Source: an uncultured cyanobacterium (GTDB lineage Bacteria; Cyanobacteriota; Cyanobacteriia; Cyanobacteriales; Nostocaceae). Taken from it: a DNA stretch of 64,000 nt. Where the stretch lies: NCBI GenBank assembly GCA_963706595.1, contig OY970166.1:3840001-3904000 (forward strand), written 5' to 3'. Below, piece by piece: positions 1 to 9,177 of this stretch; position 1 is the stretch's first letter, and the number at the start of each line of letters is the position of its first letter. Under the pieces are notes generated by a model. The model was given only the letters and a program-made list of their open reading frames with translations, was not told the origin of the DNA and ran no database searches. A program made the translations under genes and the position numbers.

Positions 1-1
1 T

Positions 2-565
2 CATACTGTTGAGCGACAAGGACGAAGGTTGAGCCATTTAATCGCTGACTTACTCTTGTTAACCAGTCTGGAGCAAAATTCAGGTGCAAAACCTTTTCAG
101 CCCTGTTGCTTAAATGATTTGGTGAGCGATTTGACCGAAGAATTTTTAGAGATGGCTACTGCTGCTGATATAAACTTAACCTGCCAAATTCCCACTGGCG
201 AGGTTTATGCTCTAGGTAATGAATCGCAACTTTACCGTTTAGTGTCAAACTTGATTGCCAATGCCATCCAGTATACACCGAGTGGGGGATATGTAACTGT
301 TAACTTAGTCAAGAGTGATTACACTGCTATTACTGCGGTGAAAGATACGGGGATTGGGATTGCGCTTGCTGATCAAAAGCGAATTTTTGACCGCTTTTAC
401 CGTGTTGATGGCGATCGCTCTCGTAAAACCGGAGGTACAGGGTTGGGGTTAGCTATTGCACAGGCGATCGCCCAAAAACATCAAGCGCATCTGAAAGTTG
501 AAAGTCAGGTGGGAAAAGGTAGTATTTTTACGCTAGAGATGAAAGTTTTATCTTCTAATATATAG
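2..565 (+). CDS. Two-component sensor histidine kinase, C-terminal part (RppB/NrsS-like); 5' end outside window
   Basis: Frame open from window edge. HATPase boxes NLIANAIQY, DTGIGI, FDRFYR and GTGLGLAIA. Confidence 0.85.
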   Translation, partial: HTVERQGRRLSHLIADLLLLTSLEQNSGAKPFQPCCLNDLVSDLTEEFLEMATAADINLTCQIPTGEVYALGNESQLYRLVSNLIANAIQYTPSGGYVTVNLVKSDYTAITAVKDTGIGIALADQKRIFDRFYRVDGDRSRKTGGTGLGLAIAQAIAQKHQAHLKVESQVGKGSIFTLEMKVLSSNI

Positions 566-772
566 AAAGTATATTTATTCTCATGTTCCCCTGAAAAATG
601 AAAATGGTAATTTAGCCAACATTCTGTTTCTGGGTCTTCAAAAATCAGGCGATCGCACAACCGCAAATCACCAATAGCCAACTCCAACCCTGACGCAGCT
701 TTATTTCTCGCCATAGATTTTTGACCCACTGGCAGCGATACAATAAACACAAATCCATAAAAGGCGGTCTTT

Positions 773-1546
773 ATGGCGACACAACTCGATAAAGCCAAAG
801 AGCTACAAAATCTGGTAATCTCTTGGGAAGCGTTGCCGGATGATTTTCAACTAGAGGATGAACCAGTGGAAAATACAGGTCAGCCAATCTTGGCTGGTGC
901 TTTGCGTGAAAGCTTAGAAATTAGCGGTTTCATCCAACCGCAGATGTTGATTGCTTCCAATTTTGGTCTTTGTGCAACTATTAATGGACAATTAATTCTC
1001 AAAGCTCCAGATTGGCTTTATATTCCTAGTGTTAATGAAATTTTAAGCGAACTGCCTGCAGCAGCGCTTCGCGAACGCAAAAGTTACACACCGAATTTAC
1101 AAGGTGATGTTCCCGCCGTGGTGATGGAATTTCTCTCTGATACGGACGGCGAAGAATATTCTGTCAAACGAACTTATCCCCCTGGAAAATGGTTTTTTTA
1201 CGAGCAAATTTTGCAAGTTCCTGTTTATGTGATTTTTGACCCTAACGGCGGTTTATTGGAATTTTATCACCTGGAAAATGGCCGCTATGAATTAAAACAA
1301 CCGGATGAAAATGGTCGTCATTGGATTTCGGCGATGAACTTATTTTTGGGTACTTGGCAAGGTATCAAAGAAGCCAGAACTGGTTACTGGTTACGCTGGT
1401 GGGATCAGGAGGGTAACTTGTTACCTTGGGCTGTGGAACGAGTGGAACAAGAACGCCAACGTGCTGAACAAGAACGCCAGGAAAAAGAGCGCCTGATGGC
1501 TTATTTGCGATCGCAAGGTATCGACCCGAATAATTTGCCCACATAG
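773..1546 (+). CDS. Uma2 family (DUF820) endonuclease-like protein
   Basis: KAPDW, VMEFLS, LQVPVYVIFDP and a C-terminal ERQRAEQE coiled coil typical of cyanobacterial Uma2 proteins. Confidence 0.85.
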   Translation: MATQLDKAKELQNLVISWEALPDDFQLEDEPVENTGQPILAGALRESLEISGFIQPQMLIASNFGLCATINGQLILKAPDWLYIPSVNEILSELPAAALRERKSYTPNLQGDVPAVVMEFLSDTDGEEYSVKRTYPPGKWFFYEQILQVPVYVIFDPNGGLLEFYHLENGRYELKQPDENGRHWISAMNLFLGTWQGIKEARTGYWLRWWDQEGNLLPWAVERVEQERQRAEQERQEKERLMAYLRSQGIDPNNLPT

Positions 1547-1645
1547 CAAAATGCTGAGTAGAAACTGCGTAGGCGCGGGTTTTGGCAGTTAGTCTGTGGT
1601 TCGACGAAATTATTCATCAACCCGCCCGTACAGTAGTTAGGATAT

Positions 1646-2113
1646 TTACTGAGATTGACCGCAGTATTTATTCAGGTCTTCTGCTAACGCATCGGATTTT
1701 TTGCCAGCACTCTGGGCTGATGTGAAAGATGTATCAATTTCTGTTCTTGCTTTTTGGAGTTTTTCCCTCCCTGTGGCTGATGCTTCCGCACTTTTGGCTG
1801 TACCAAGTGCTTGAGATGCTTTAGCGATCGCTTGACCAAGATTCTCGAATATAGTGGCAAAATCGCGTTGAAATTCTTTGAGATTCGGGTCTGTTAAATT
1901 CAGTTCTTTTAAAGATTTAGTAATCACTTGCAAATCCCTGGAAAGTTGCAAGCTGGTGATCACCTGATCTCCTTTGTTTTGGTCAATCAAAGAGTTGCCG
2001 GCATTCACCACCTGAATCAGTCGCTGACATTGGGTGACTTGATCCTCACAACTACTCAGCAGTAAAGCAATACTCAAACTCACAGGAGCAATCACAATCA
2101 ACTTACGCCACAC
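1646..2113 (-). CDS. Hypothetical helical lipoprotein
   Basis: Signal peptide with lipobox LSSC followed by an all-helical body. Confidence 0.7.
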   Translation of the reverse strand: MWRKLIVIAPVSLSIALLLSSCEDQVTQCQRLIQVVNAGNSLIDQNKGDQVITSLQLSRDLQVITKSLKELNLTDPNLKEFQRDFATIFENLGQAIAKASQALGTAKSAEASATGREKLQKARTEIDTSFTSAQSAGKKSDALAEDLNKYCGQSQ

Positions 2114-2189
2114 AGATAATCCCTCAACACCAATAAAACCCCAACAATCTTAGCTAATAATTGAGTGATTTCGCCGTGTAAAATGTAGT

Positions 2190-2954
2190 TTACCAATCAA
2201 CTGGTAAACCCAACTGGTTTAAAGTATCTTTCTCTTGTAAAAGTGCTTGAATCTCACTGTCTATTTGAATGCGTCCACCAGATAGCACCAAAGCACGTTG
2301 AGTCACTTTTCCCAACCAATGTAATTCATGGGAAGCAATTAACATTATCTGCACTGGCAACTTTAACAATACTTGCGCTAAATGCCTTCGCCATGCGGGA
2401 TCAAGTCCATTCGTTGGTTCATCTAAAATCAAAATTGTCGGCTCTAGGGCTAAAATCGCCGCTAAAGCAGCAAGTCGTCTTTGTCCTCCAGAAAGTTCGT
2501 GAGTGGAACGGTGAGCGTAAGCTTCTAAACCAAAATCTGTTAATAACTGTCTGGCTCGATCAATGGCGACGGCTGGGGGAACACCGTAATTGCGCGGACC
2601 AAAGGTAATATCTTCTAAAATAGTGGGCATAAATAGTTGGTCATTGGCATCTTGAAAGCCAAAACCAATGTAACGCCGCACTTGGGGGAGGGTTTTCGGT
2701 TCTAGAGGGATACCATTAATTAAAATTTTTCCCGAAGTTGGTTGTTTTAAGCCCATCAGGTTTTCTAATAAGGTACTTTTACCAGAACCAGTTGCACCCA
2801 TCAAGGCCACTCGCTCGCCTGCATTCAATGTAAAAGAAACTTCTTGCAATACTGGCTCCTGGTGACTGTAGGTATAGACCAGATTCTGCACCGAAATCAC
2901 TGTGGAGTGGGGGTGATGTGTGGGAAGTTGGGGATCAGAAGTCAAAGATTTCAA
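2190..2954 (-). CDS. ECF transporter ATPase (CbiO/NikO type)
   Basis: Walker A GATGSGKS, LSGGQ signature, LILDEP; last gene of the NikMN-Q-O module. Confidence 0.9.
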   Translation of the reverse strand: MKSLTSDPQLPTHHPHSTVISVQNLVYTYSHQEPVLQEVSFTLNAGERVALMGATGSGKSTLLENLMGLKQPTSGKILINGIPLEPKTLPQVRRYIGFGFQDANDQLFMPTILEDITFGPRNYGVPPAVAIDRARQLLTDFGLEAYAHRSTHELSGGQRRLAALAAILALEPTILILDEPTNGLDPAWRRHLAQVLLKLPVQIMLIASHELHWLGKVTQRALVLSGGRIQIDSEIQALLQEKDTLNQLGLPVDW

Positions 2955-2964
2955 AATACCTGAG

Positions 2965-3618
2965 CTAAATTTTATAGGAAGTTATGGTTAAGCCAGATGC
3001 GATCGCCCAAGCTAATAATAAGGCAAAACGCTCTTTTGGTCTAAATGTTGCATCTACAGGTAACTGCCCATTGTAACCACGCATTACCATTGCCGCATAA
3101 ACACGCTCTGCCCGATCTAAACTGCGGAGATATAAAGCTCCAATCATTGCCGCACTTGTGTAGCGCAACCATCCCAAAGTACCATTTAAACCCCGCAATT
3201 GAGCGCTGCGCTGCATTCGGGTGACTTCATCTAGCAAGATTTCTAGATACTGCCCAGCTAACAATAAATTTGCCTTAATCGCTGCGGGTACGGGTAAACT
3301 TTTCAAGGCAATACCGAAACTATGGGGAGGTAAGGTTAACAAAAAACTATTCATAGTCACTAGACAAACCAGGGAACGCACCAATAAAAAACTGGCTCGT
3401 TCCCATCCCAAAGGTAATGCCATGAATGAGAGAAAAATTAACTCAGTCCCAATGAGTCCGCCTAACTGGGGAATAGGTACGCGCAAAAATGTTGCCCAAA
3501 CCAGAGCGATCGCTCCATATATCCCCAAGCAAAGCCAACCATTATACTGTAGTAAAGCTGCCCCCACCACAATGACTAAAGAAAAATGCAAACGTAACGG
3601 CAAAGTTAGTTTAAGCAT
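2965..3618 (-). CDS. ECF transporter transmembrane T component (CbiQ/NikQ type)
   Basis: Hydrophobic; AQLRG and RAERVYAAMVMRGY motifs; overlaps the upstream S-component gene. Confidence 0.88.
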   Translation of the reverse strand: MLKLTLPLRLHFSLVIVVGAALLQYNGWLCLGIYGAIALVWATFLRVPIPQLGGLIGTELIFLSFMALPLGWERASFLLVRSLVCLVTMNSFLLTLPPHSFGIALKSLPVPAAIKANLLLAGQYLEILLDEVTRMQRSAQLRGLNGTLGWLRYTSAAMIGALYLRSLDRAERVYAAMVMRGYNGQLPVDATFRPKERFALLLAWAIASGLTITSYKI

Positions 3619-4534
3619 TCTTGGGTTTCACCACCTTAGCAATCCCAAAAGCTACACCAAAACTAACCACAGATCCCAGCAGCCCAGCAATACTCGTACC
3701 AATTAGCCCTAAAGATTCAATTTCATAGTCAGCAAAAGGCGTTGGTACTTCCACTCGCACTTTCTCGGCTAAATCAATAAAATCTAGGTTTTCAGCCACT
3801 CTTTCCAAACCGTCCGGCCATCCTGAAGCCACCAAAGATAATACACCACCAACTAATAAAATGCTGATCACAGGCACTAACCATCCTTGAAATTTCTGCT
3901 CCTCTCCTGGGAGTAAATCTGGTCTGGCTGTAGCCAGGTAAGCTACCACACCGCCAGTAATTAAGCCCTCGCCAATCCCAATCAGAATATGTACTCCTGC
4001 CATAGCTGGTAAAACTATACCTGCGGATGCTGTTCCAGAAAGCACTAACTGAATGGCACAAGCGACAGATGCCACAACTACGCTGACACCAGCCGCAATA
4101 CCAGCCGCCAGAGGTAAGCGACCTTTAGAACCTCCAAATAGCCGTTGTAAGGTTTGGGTTAACACCCAGCCCACCCAAACACTAATTACGGCTGCATTTA
4201 AAATATTCGCGCCCAAAGCTGTGATCCCACCATCGGCAAATAGTACAGCTTGAATAATGAAAACTGTGGCAATACATAACGTTCCTGCCCAGGGACTGCC
4301 CAAAACTATCGCCGCTAAGGTTCCCCCCAACAAGTGACCGCTAGTGCCTCCGGCTACGGGAAAATTAACCATCTGGGCAGCAAAAATAAACGCAGTGGTT
4401 AAGCCCAGTATAGGGGCGCGACGGATACCAAAGGCTTCTTGCGATCGCCCACAAGCAACAGCAAGTGCGATCGCACTCACTAAACTAGTAGCCCCAGCTA
4501 CGGGAACTGAAAGAAATCCATCAGGAATATGCAT
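3611..4534 (-). CDS. ECF nickel-type S component, NikM-NikN fusion with PDGLE domain
   Basis: N-terminus MHIPDGFL, GTSGHLLG and ADGG motifs, C-terminal WPDGLE motif. Confidence 0.85.
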   Translation of the reverse strand: MHIPDGFLSVPVAGATSLVSAIALAVACGRSQEAFGIRRAPILGLTTAFIFAAQMVNFPVAGGTSGHLLGGTLAAIVLGSPWAGTLCIATVFIIQAVLFADGGITALGANILNAAVISVWVGWVLTQTLQRLFGGSKGRLPLAAGIAAGVSVVVASVACAIQLVLSGTASAGIVLPAMAGVHILIGIGEGLITGGVVAYLATARPDLLPGEEQKFQGWLVPVISILLVGGVLSLVASGWPDGLERVAENLDFIDLAEKVRVEVPTPFADYEIESLGLIGTSIAGLLGSVVSFGVAFGIAKVVKPKNA

Positions 4535-4790
4535 TATGTACTCTTTATTGGATGTATGGACTCACACAACATAAACAATGTAATTACGGTATCACATTAA
4601 TAGAAAACAGAATTTCGCCGACTTTGGCAATGCCCTCTGGGGGGATTTTATTCTGTGATTCACAGAATTTTCATTAAAAATCTAATTTCTGTGTAAAATT
4701 AGCTTTGTCGCTTTGGGGAAAGTCAGATTTTTTGGGTATTATTCAGTCATTGGGATGATATCTGCAATTGACAGGGCCACTTTAAGTGGT

Positions 4791-5621
4791 CTAAAAATCA
4801 GGAAACAGTTTCAAAATTCTTTGCCGGAAACCTGCCAAAATAGGTTCTTCTTCACCTAGTCCTTCAGCAAATAATAGCTCATATATTAGTGGTACTTCTA
4901 GCTGTAAAGCTTCCAGAATTTCCCGTTGGCTAAATACATCTGGTGGTGTTCCCTCTAAGATAAGTTGTCCTTTATCCATGACAAATACCCAGTCTGCCCA
5001 ACGGTATACTAAATCAAGGTCATGGGTGGCCATTAATATTGTTGTTCCAGAGGCATGAATATTTTTCAGAGTGGTCATCAAGTTACGAGTATGTAACTTA
5101 TCCAGATATGCTGTTGGTTCATCTAGTAATAACAGTTCTGGTTTTAGCACCATGACATCAGCAATAGAGACTCGTTTTTTTTGCCCCAAGCTGAGATGAT
5201 GTACAGGTCTTTGAGCTAATTCAGTTAATCCAAACTCAACTAAAGCTTCTTCGATACGTTTTTGAATCTCTGCTGTTGGTAATCCCAAGTTACACAAACC
5301 GTAAGAAATATCTTCTTCAACCGTCGAGGCTACCAACTGTTGCTCTGGATCTTGAAAAATAAGACCGACTTTTTGGCGTAATTCTAGTAAAGATTTCCGG
5401 TTATATTGTAACGGCTGACTTTGCCATTTAATATTTCCTGTCTGGGGTTTATATAAACCATTAGCTAATAAAAATAATGTGGTTTTACCACAGCCATTTT
5501 GACCTATCAATGCACATTTCTTTTTTGCTGGTATATTTAGTGTTAAACCATTTAAAACTGATTGTTGTGTGCCTGGATAAGTGTAATGTACCTGCTCAAA
5601 TTCTAGTAATGTTTGCTGCAT
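4791..5621 (-). CDS. cbiO: Cobalt ECF transporter ATPase
   Basis: GQNGCGKT, FQDPEQQL, LSLGQ, LLLDEP and ATHD motifs; follows cbiMNQ. Confidence 0.88.
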   Translation of the reverse strand: MQQTLLEFEQVHYTYPGTQQSVLNGLTLNIPAKKKCALIGQNGCGKTTLFLLANGLYKPQTGNIKWQSQPLQYNRKSLLELRQKVGLIFQDPEQQLVASTVEEDISYGLCNLGLPTAEIQKRIEEALVEFGLTELAQRPVHHLSLGQKKRVSIADVMVLKPELLLLDEPTAYLDKLHTRNLMTTLKNIHASGTTILMATHDLDLVYRWADWVFVMDKGQLILEGTPPDVFSQREILEALQLEVPLIYELLFAEGLGEEEPILAGFRQRILKLFPDF

Positions 5622-5710
5622 AATTATAATATTTTCCCAAATGCTAAGTAAGTTGTCGTAAATAATTATTATATTTTCCCAAATGCTAAGTAAGTTGTCG
5701 TAAATAATTA
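5620..5710. repeat. 42-bp tandem duplication (two copies plus a short partial third) between cbiQ and cbiO
   Basis: ataattat(a/t)atattttcccaaatgctaagtaagttgtcgtaa at 5620 and 5662, one mismatch. Confidence 0.9.
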
Positions 5711-5820
5711 AAGGTTTGTAGTCAGGACTTTACTCCTGAATTAAAAGGATGTTTTCAAAGTTTTGGGCGAATATAATTAAATATTTTTGACTTTTGATTT
5801 TTGACTTCCGCCCTGCGGTT

Positions 5821-6606
5821 CTAGCCCCATGTCAATCCTATTAAAACTACACATCCGATAATTGCTTCTATAGCATAGCGTTTAGAGAAATGATATCGAT
5901 GGGGATGCCAAACTTTAAATTCGCCATTAAAACCCCTTGAAGCTAAACTTAAAGAGACTTGACGATAGTTTTCTAGGGTGCGTCTGAGTAGTTGTCCAAT
6001 CAACAACGATAAACTTTTGATCCCAATTCTAAAAGTGCAGTAGCCACCACGAGACTGCTGTGCAGTCCAGACTTGGGACGCTGTGTTTAATAAAACGAAA
6101 ATAAAACGGTACATTAATAATAAAATGTCTGTTAATATCACTGGGAACCCAAAGCGGCGCAAGGTTTGTAAAAGTTCAGCAAATGGGATAGTTAACATCA
6201 CAAAATATAAGCAAGAAAGTGACGCGATCGCTCGTGTTAAAATTGTCCATCCTTGCTCCATGCCATAATGACTAATATATAGATAATAATCACCAACATT
6301 TAACCCAAATATGGCATCATCTTGAATCAAATTTAGGTGATTATTATGTATACCATTAATTACTAAAGCTGGCAAACTCGTTAACCAGAACAAAGTAGCA
6401 ATATAAACTAGTTTTAGATATATATTTAGGGGGATTTTAGCATAAATCACTGTCCAAATACTCATCCAGATGGCAATTAAAATCTGTACTGGTGGATGAG
6501 TAAAGGCAGTGATAATTAGTAAGGCGATCGCAAATAATAATTTTTGCTCTGGCGCTAACCATCGCAACCGATTAGTATAAGCCAGAGTATCTATTTGCAG
6601 CGTCAT
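5821..6606 (-). CDS. cbiQ: Cobalt ECF transporter T component
   Basis: IDTLAYTNRLR start, YRFIFVL, QQSRGG and LASRGF motifs; ATGA overlap with cbiN. Confidence 0.9.
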   Translation of the reverse strand: MTLQIDTLAYTNRLRWLAPEQKLLFAIALLIITAFTHPPVQILIAIWMSIWTVIYAKIPLNIYLKLVYIATLFWLTSLPALVINGIHNNHLNLIQDDAIFGLNVGDYYLYISHYGMEQGWTILTRAIASLSCLYFVMLTIPFAELLQTLRRFGFPVILTDILLLMYRFIFVLLNTASQVWTAQQSRGGYCTFRIGIKSLSLLIGQLLRRTLENYRQVSLSLASRGFNGEFKVWHPHRYHFSKRYAIEAIIGCVVLIGLTWG

Positions 6607-6905
6607 TCTTTATTCCTTTGCTGGCGGTCACGCTCCTTATATAATCCAATCACATAACCAATAACTCCAGCACCCACAGCAGCTTGAGAGGTGAATAACA
6701 AGCTTTCTACTTCGCCGCTAGGTGGTTCAAAAACAGGTTGAAACCAAGGTTCATAACTAGGCTGTACTTCCCCAATTGCTGCTTCGGCTTCTCCATCCGC
6801 ACCATTAAATTCTGCATCCCGGATAAATATTAAGGGCGCAACTGCTAAAATGATCACGGCTAATATTAAAAGCCAGTTATTCAATCCTTGTTTAGACTGG
6901 TTCAT
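6603..6905 (-). CDS. cbiN: Cobalt transport protein CbiN
   Basis: Two TM helices with FNGADG and [21 protein letters not shown]. Confidence 0.93.
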   Translation of the reverse strand: MNQSKQGLNNWLLILAVIILAVAPLIFIRDAEFNGADGEAEAAIGEVQPSYEPWFQPVFEPPSGEVESLLFTSQAAVGAGVIGYVIGLYKERDRQQRNKE

Positions 6906-7665
6906 TGTTTTGAGTTTTCCCTGGAATTAATTTCAATAGTTCGAGTTCTTGAGGCGTATAGGATTGTAACCAGTTCCACACCAGCACAGTCAGCAAACCT
7001 TCGCTAATTGCCAAAGGAACTTGAGTAATGGCGAAAATGCCCGCAAACTTGGCGAATGAAGCCATAAACCCACCCACAGGTGCAGGAAAAGCTAAAGCCA
7101 GTTGAACAGAAGTAATGATGTAGGTGAGTAAATTGGCTAAAGCTGCGGCTAAAAATATGGCAATTCTGGGCTTACCAGTGAGCCGCTTTGTCAGATGATA
7201 TATCCAGTAAGCGGCAAATGGACCAGCGATCGCCATCGAAAAAGCATTAGCTCCCAGTGTTGTTAAACCGCCGTGCGCTAGCAGCAGCGCTTGAAATAAT
7301 AAAACCAGCGTACCTAACACTGACATGGCTAAAGGTCCAAATAGCACTGCGCCTAAGCCAGTCCCTGTAGGATGGGAAGAACTACCTGTAACTGAGGGTA
7401 TTTTCAGCGCTGACAAAACAAAGGTAAAGGCTCCTGCTAATGCTAAAAGTAATTTTAATTCTGGATTGGCTTGGGTAATCCGAGTCAGCGATCGCAATCC
7501 TAAAACCAAAAATGGTAACGCTACCGCCCACCAAAAAATTGCCCAACTCGCTGGTAAGTAGCCTTCCATAATGTGCATCGCATAAGCTGGTGCAGATGCT
7601 CCCACAACTAGGTAAAAGCTGAGAAGCCCTATCAGTATTAGTGATCCACCTTTGGATGTGATCAT
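6892..7665 (-). CDS. cbiM: Cobalt ECF S component CbiM with cleavable signal peptide
   Basis: Signal peptide ending AYA, then mature [14 protein letters not shown] and AHGG motifs. ATG at 7665 preferred over the upstream TTG. Confidence 0.93.
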   Translation of the reverse strand: MITSKGGSLILIGLLSFYLVVGASAPAYAMHIMEGYLPASWAIFWWAVALPFLVLGLRSLTRITQANPELKLLLALAGAFTFVLSALKIPSVTGSSSHPTGTGLGAVLFGPLAMSVLGTLVLLFQALLLAHGGLTTLGANAFSMAIAGPFAAYWIYHLTKRLTGKPRIAIFLAAALANLLTYIITSVQLALAFPAPVGGFMASFAKFAGIFAITQVPLAISEGLLTVLVWNWLQSYTPQELELLKLIPGKTQNNEPV

Positions 7666-7821
7666 GGTTTTTAACAATCTTTCTACCTATTGATGTATTC
7701 CAACGACTTAGTTTAAATGAAAAATTTAAAATTCCCCATACAAAAGTCCCATTACTCTCAAAGTGAATTATAGGACTTTGTTTGGTTTGAGTTGTCTGCT
7801 CAAGTAGATTTGGCCAATAGT

Positions 7822-7859
7822 TGATAATAATTGACAATAACTCTTGAATCTCATACTAT
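7822..7859 (+). promoter_or_regulatory. Sigma70-type promoter (TTGACA-N17-TACTAT) overlapped by a Fur-box-like 7-1-7 element
   Basis: TTGACA at 7831-7836 and TACTAT at 7854-7859. TGATAATaATTGACA at 7822-7836 has 2 mismatches to TGATAATnATTATCA. Confidence 0.6.
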
Positions 7860-7904
7860 ACACAAAAGTAATTGCCAATTTTTAGTATTTGTGCTGATCA
7901 TGTC

Positions 7905-8900
7905 ATGCCCAACAACTTTGCTCTAGACCAAGAAAAACTTTGGAGCCGTCGCCAACTGCTGAAATTGGGGTTAGCAGGTGCTGGGGTGACAAGTGCTGCG
8001 ACACTTTGGCATTTTCTGAATTTACAAAATAACTTAAACGTCAGAGTGCCGTCTATAGAGATAGAAGCAACTGAAGGCGTTGCTCACCCGATGAAAATGC
8101 TCAGAGAGTTCGATTATGGGACAATCAAACAAGAAAATGGGCGTACTATCCGAGAATTTGAATTAACTGCGGGTACTTCTACAATTCAACTCAATAGCGC
8201 TGTCTCCTACAATATTTGGGATTTAAACGGTCGGATACCAGGGCCAACCCTACGAGCAAAACAAGGCGATCGCGTGCGGGTGCTGTTTCTCAACCAAGCC
8301 GGACATTCTCACTCTTTACATTTTCATGGCACTCATCCGGCGGAAATGGACGGTGTTCGCCCAGTTAGACATGGTAGCGCCACAATTTATGAATTTGATG
8401 CTGAACCCTATGGTGTTCACTTGTACCACTGCCATATTGAACCAGTTACTCGTCACATTGCCAAGGGGCTATATGGGATGTTTATTGTTGACCCCCCAAC
8501 ACCACGCCCCCCAGCAGATGAGATAGTTTTAGTTATGGCTGGGTATGACGTGAATGATGATAACCGTAACGAATACTACGCCTTCAACGGTTTACCTGAC
8601 CACTATATGCATCATCCCATACCCATTTACCAAGACCAGTTGATTCGGCTGTATGTCCTGAATATTATTGAATTTGACCCAGCAGTAACGTTTCATCTCC
8701 ACGCCAATTTCTTTGATGTCTATCGGTCTGGGATGACTATGACTCCCAGTGAAAAAACTGATGTGATTACGATGGGTGTAGCAGAAAGGCATATCTTAGA
8801 GTTTGCTTTTCGCTATCCAGGAAAGTATATGTTTCATCCTCATCAGGATGCGATCGCCGAAAAAGGTTGCATGGGTCAATTTGAAGTCATCGCTACTTGA
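7905..8900 (+). CDS. Tat-exported two-domain multicopper oxidase
   Basis: SRRQLLK Tat motif; copper motifs HSLHFHG, YHCH-HIAKGL, FHLHA and FHPH. Confidence 0.9.
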   Translation: MPNNFALDQEKLWSRRQLLKLGLAGAGVTSAATLWHFLNLQNNLNVRVPSIEIEATEGVAHPMKMLREFDYGTIKQENGRTIREFELTAGTSTIQLNSAVSYNIWDLNGRIPGPTLRAKQGDRVRVLFLNQAGHSHSLHFHGTHPAEMDGVRPVRHGSATIYEFDAEPYGVHLYHCHIEPVTRHIAKGLYGMFIVDPPTPRPPADEIVLVMAGYDVNDDNRNEYYAFNGLPDHYMHHPIPIYQDQLIRLYVLNIIEFDPAVTFHLHANFFDVYRSGMTMTPSEKTDVITMGVAERHILEFAFRYPGKYMFHPHQDAIAEKGCMGQFEVIAT

Positions 8901-9177
8901 GTCCTGAGAATTAAGGAAGATCATTAAATTCTCTGGAATATTTCAGCAATTAGTTGACAAAAAATATTATTTCGTACAACAGTAAAATCTATACAAACTA
9001 TTGTGTGTTGTGTGAATCGTTTTAAGAACTTCCAAATAAAAAAACACTCAACCACTTAACGCACAAAAAAACCTCACTTCGACAAGCTCAGTGACCACTC
9101 AAACGCTCTTGACTCTGTGTCCTCTGCGCCTCTGTGGTTCGTTTTTCACTACTCTTAAAATTTTGCTAGGAGCAAAA

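Noticed and set aside
5620..5710. Possible CRISPR array
   Set aside because: Only two adjacent copies, no spacers and no cas genes.
7666..7904. Cobalamin riboswitch upstream of cbiM
   Set aside because: No B12-box or GGGAA/GCCACTG core visible on the minus strand; needs a covariance search to be certain.
9091..9177. N-terminal extension of the HhH lipoprotein ORF
   Set aside because: Lies in a dispersed repeat also seen near 37318-37365; ATG 9178 has an SD site and starts a signal peptide.
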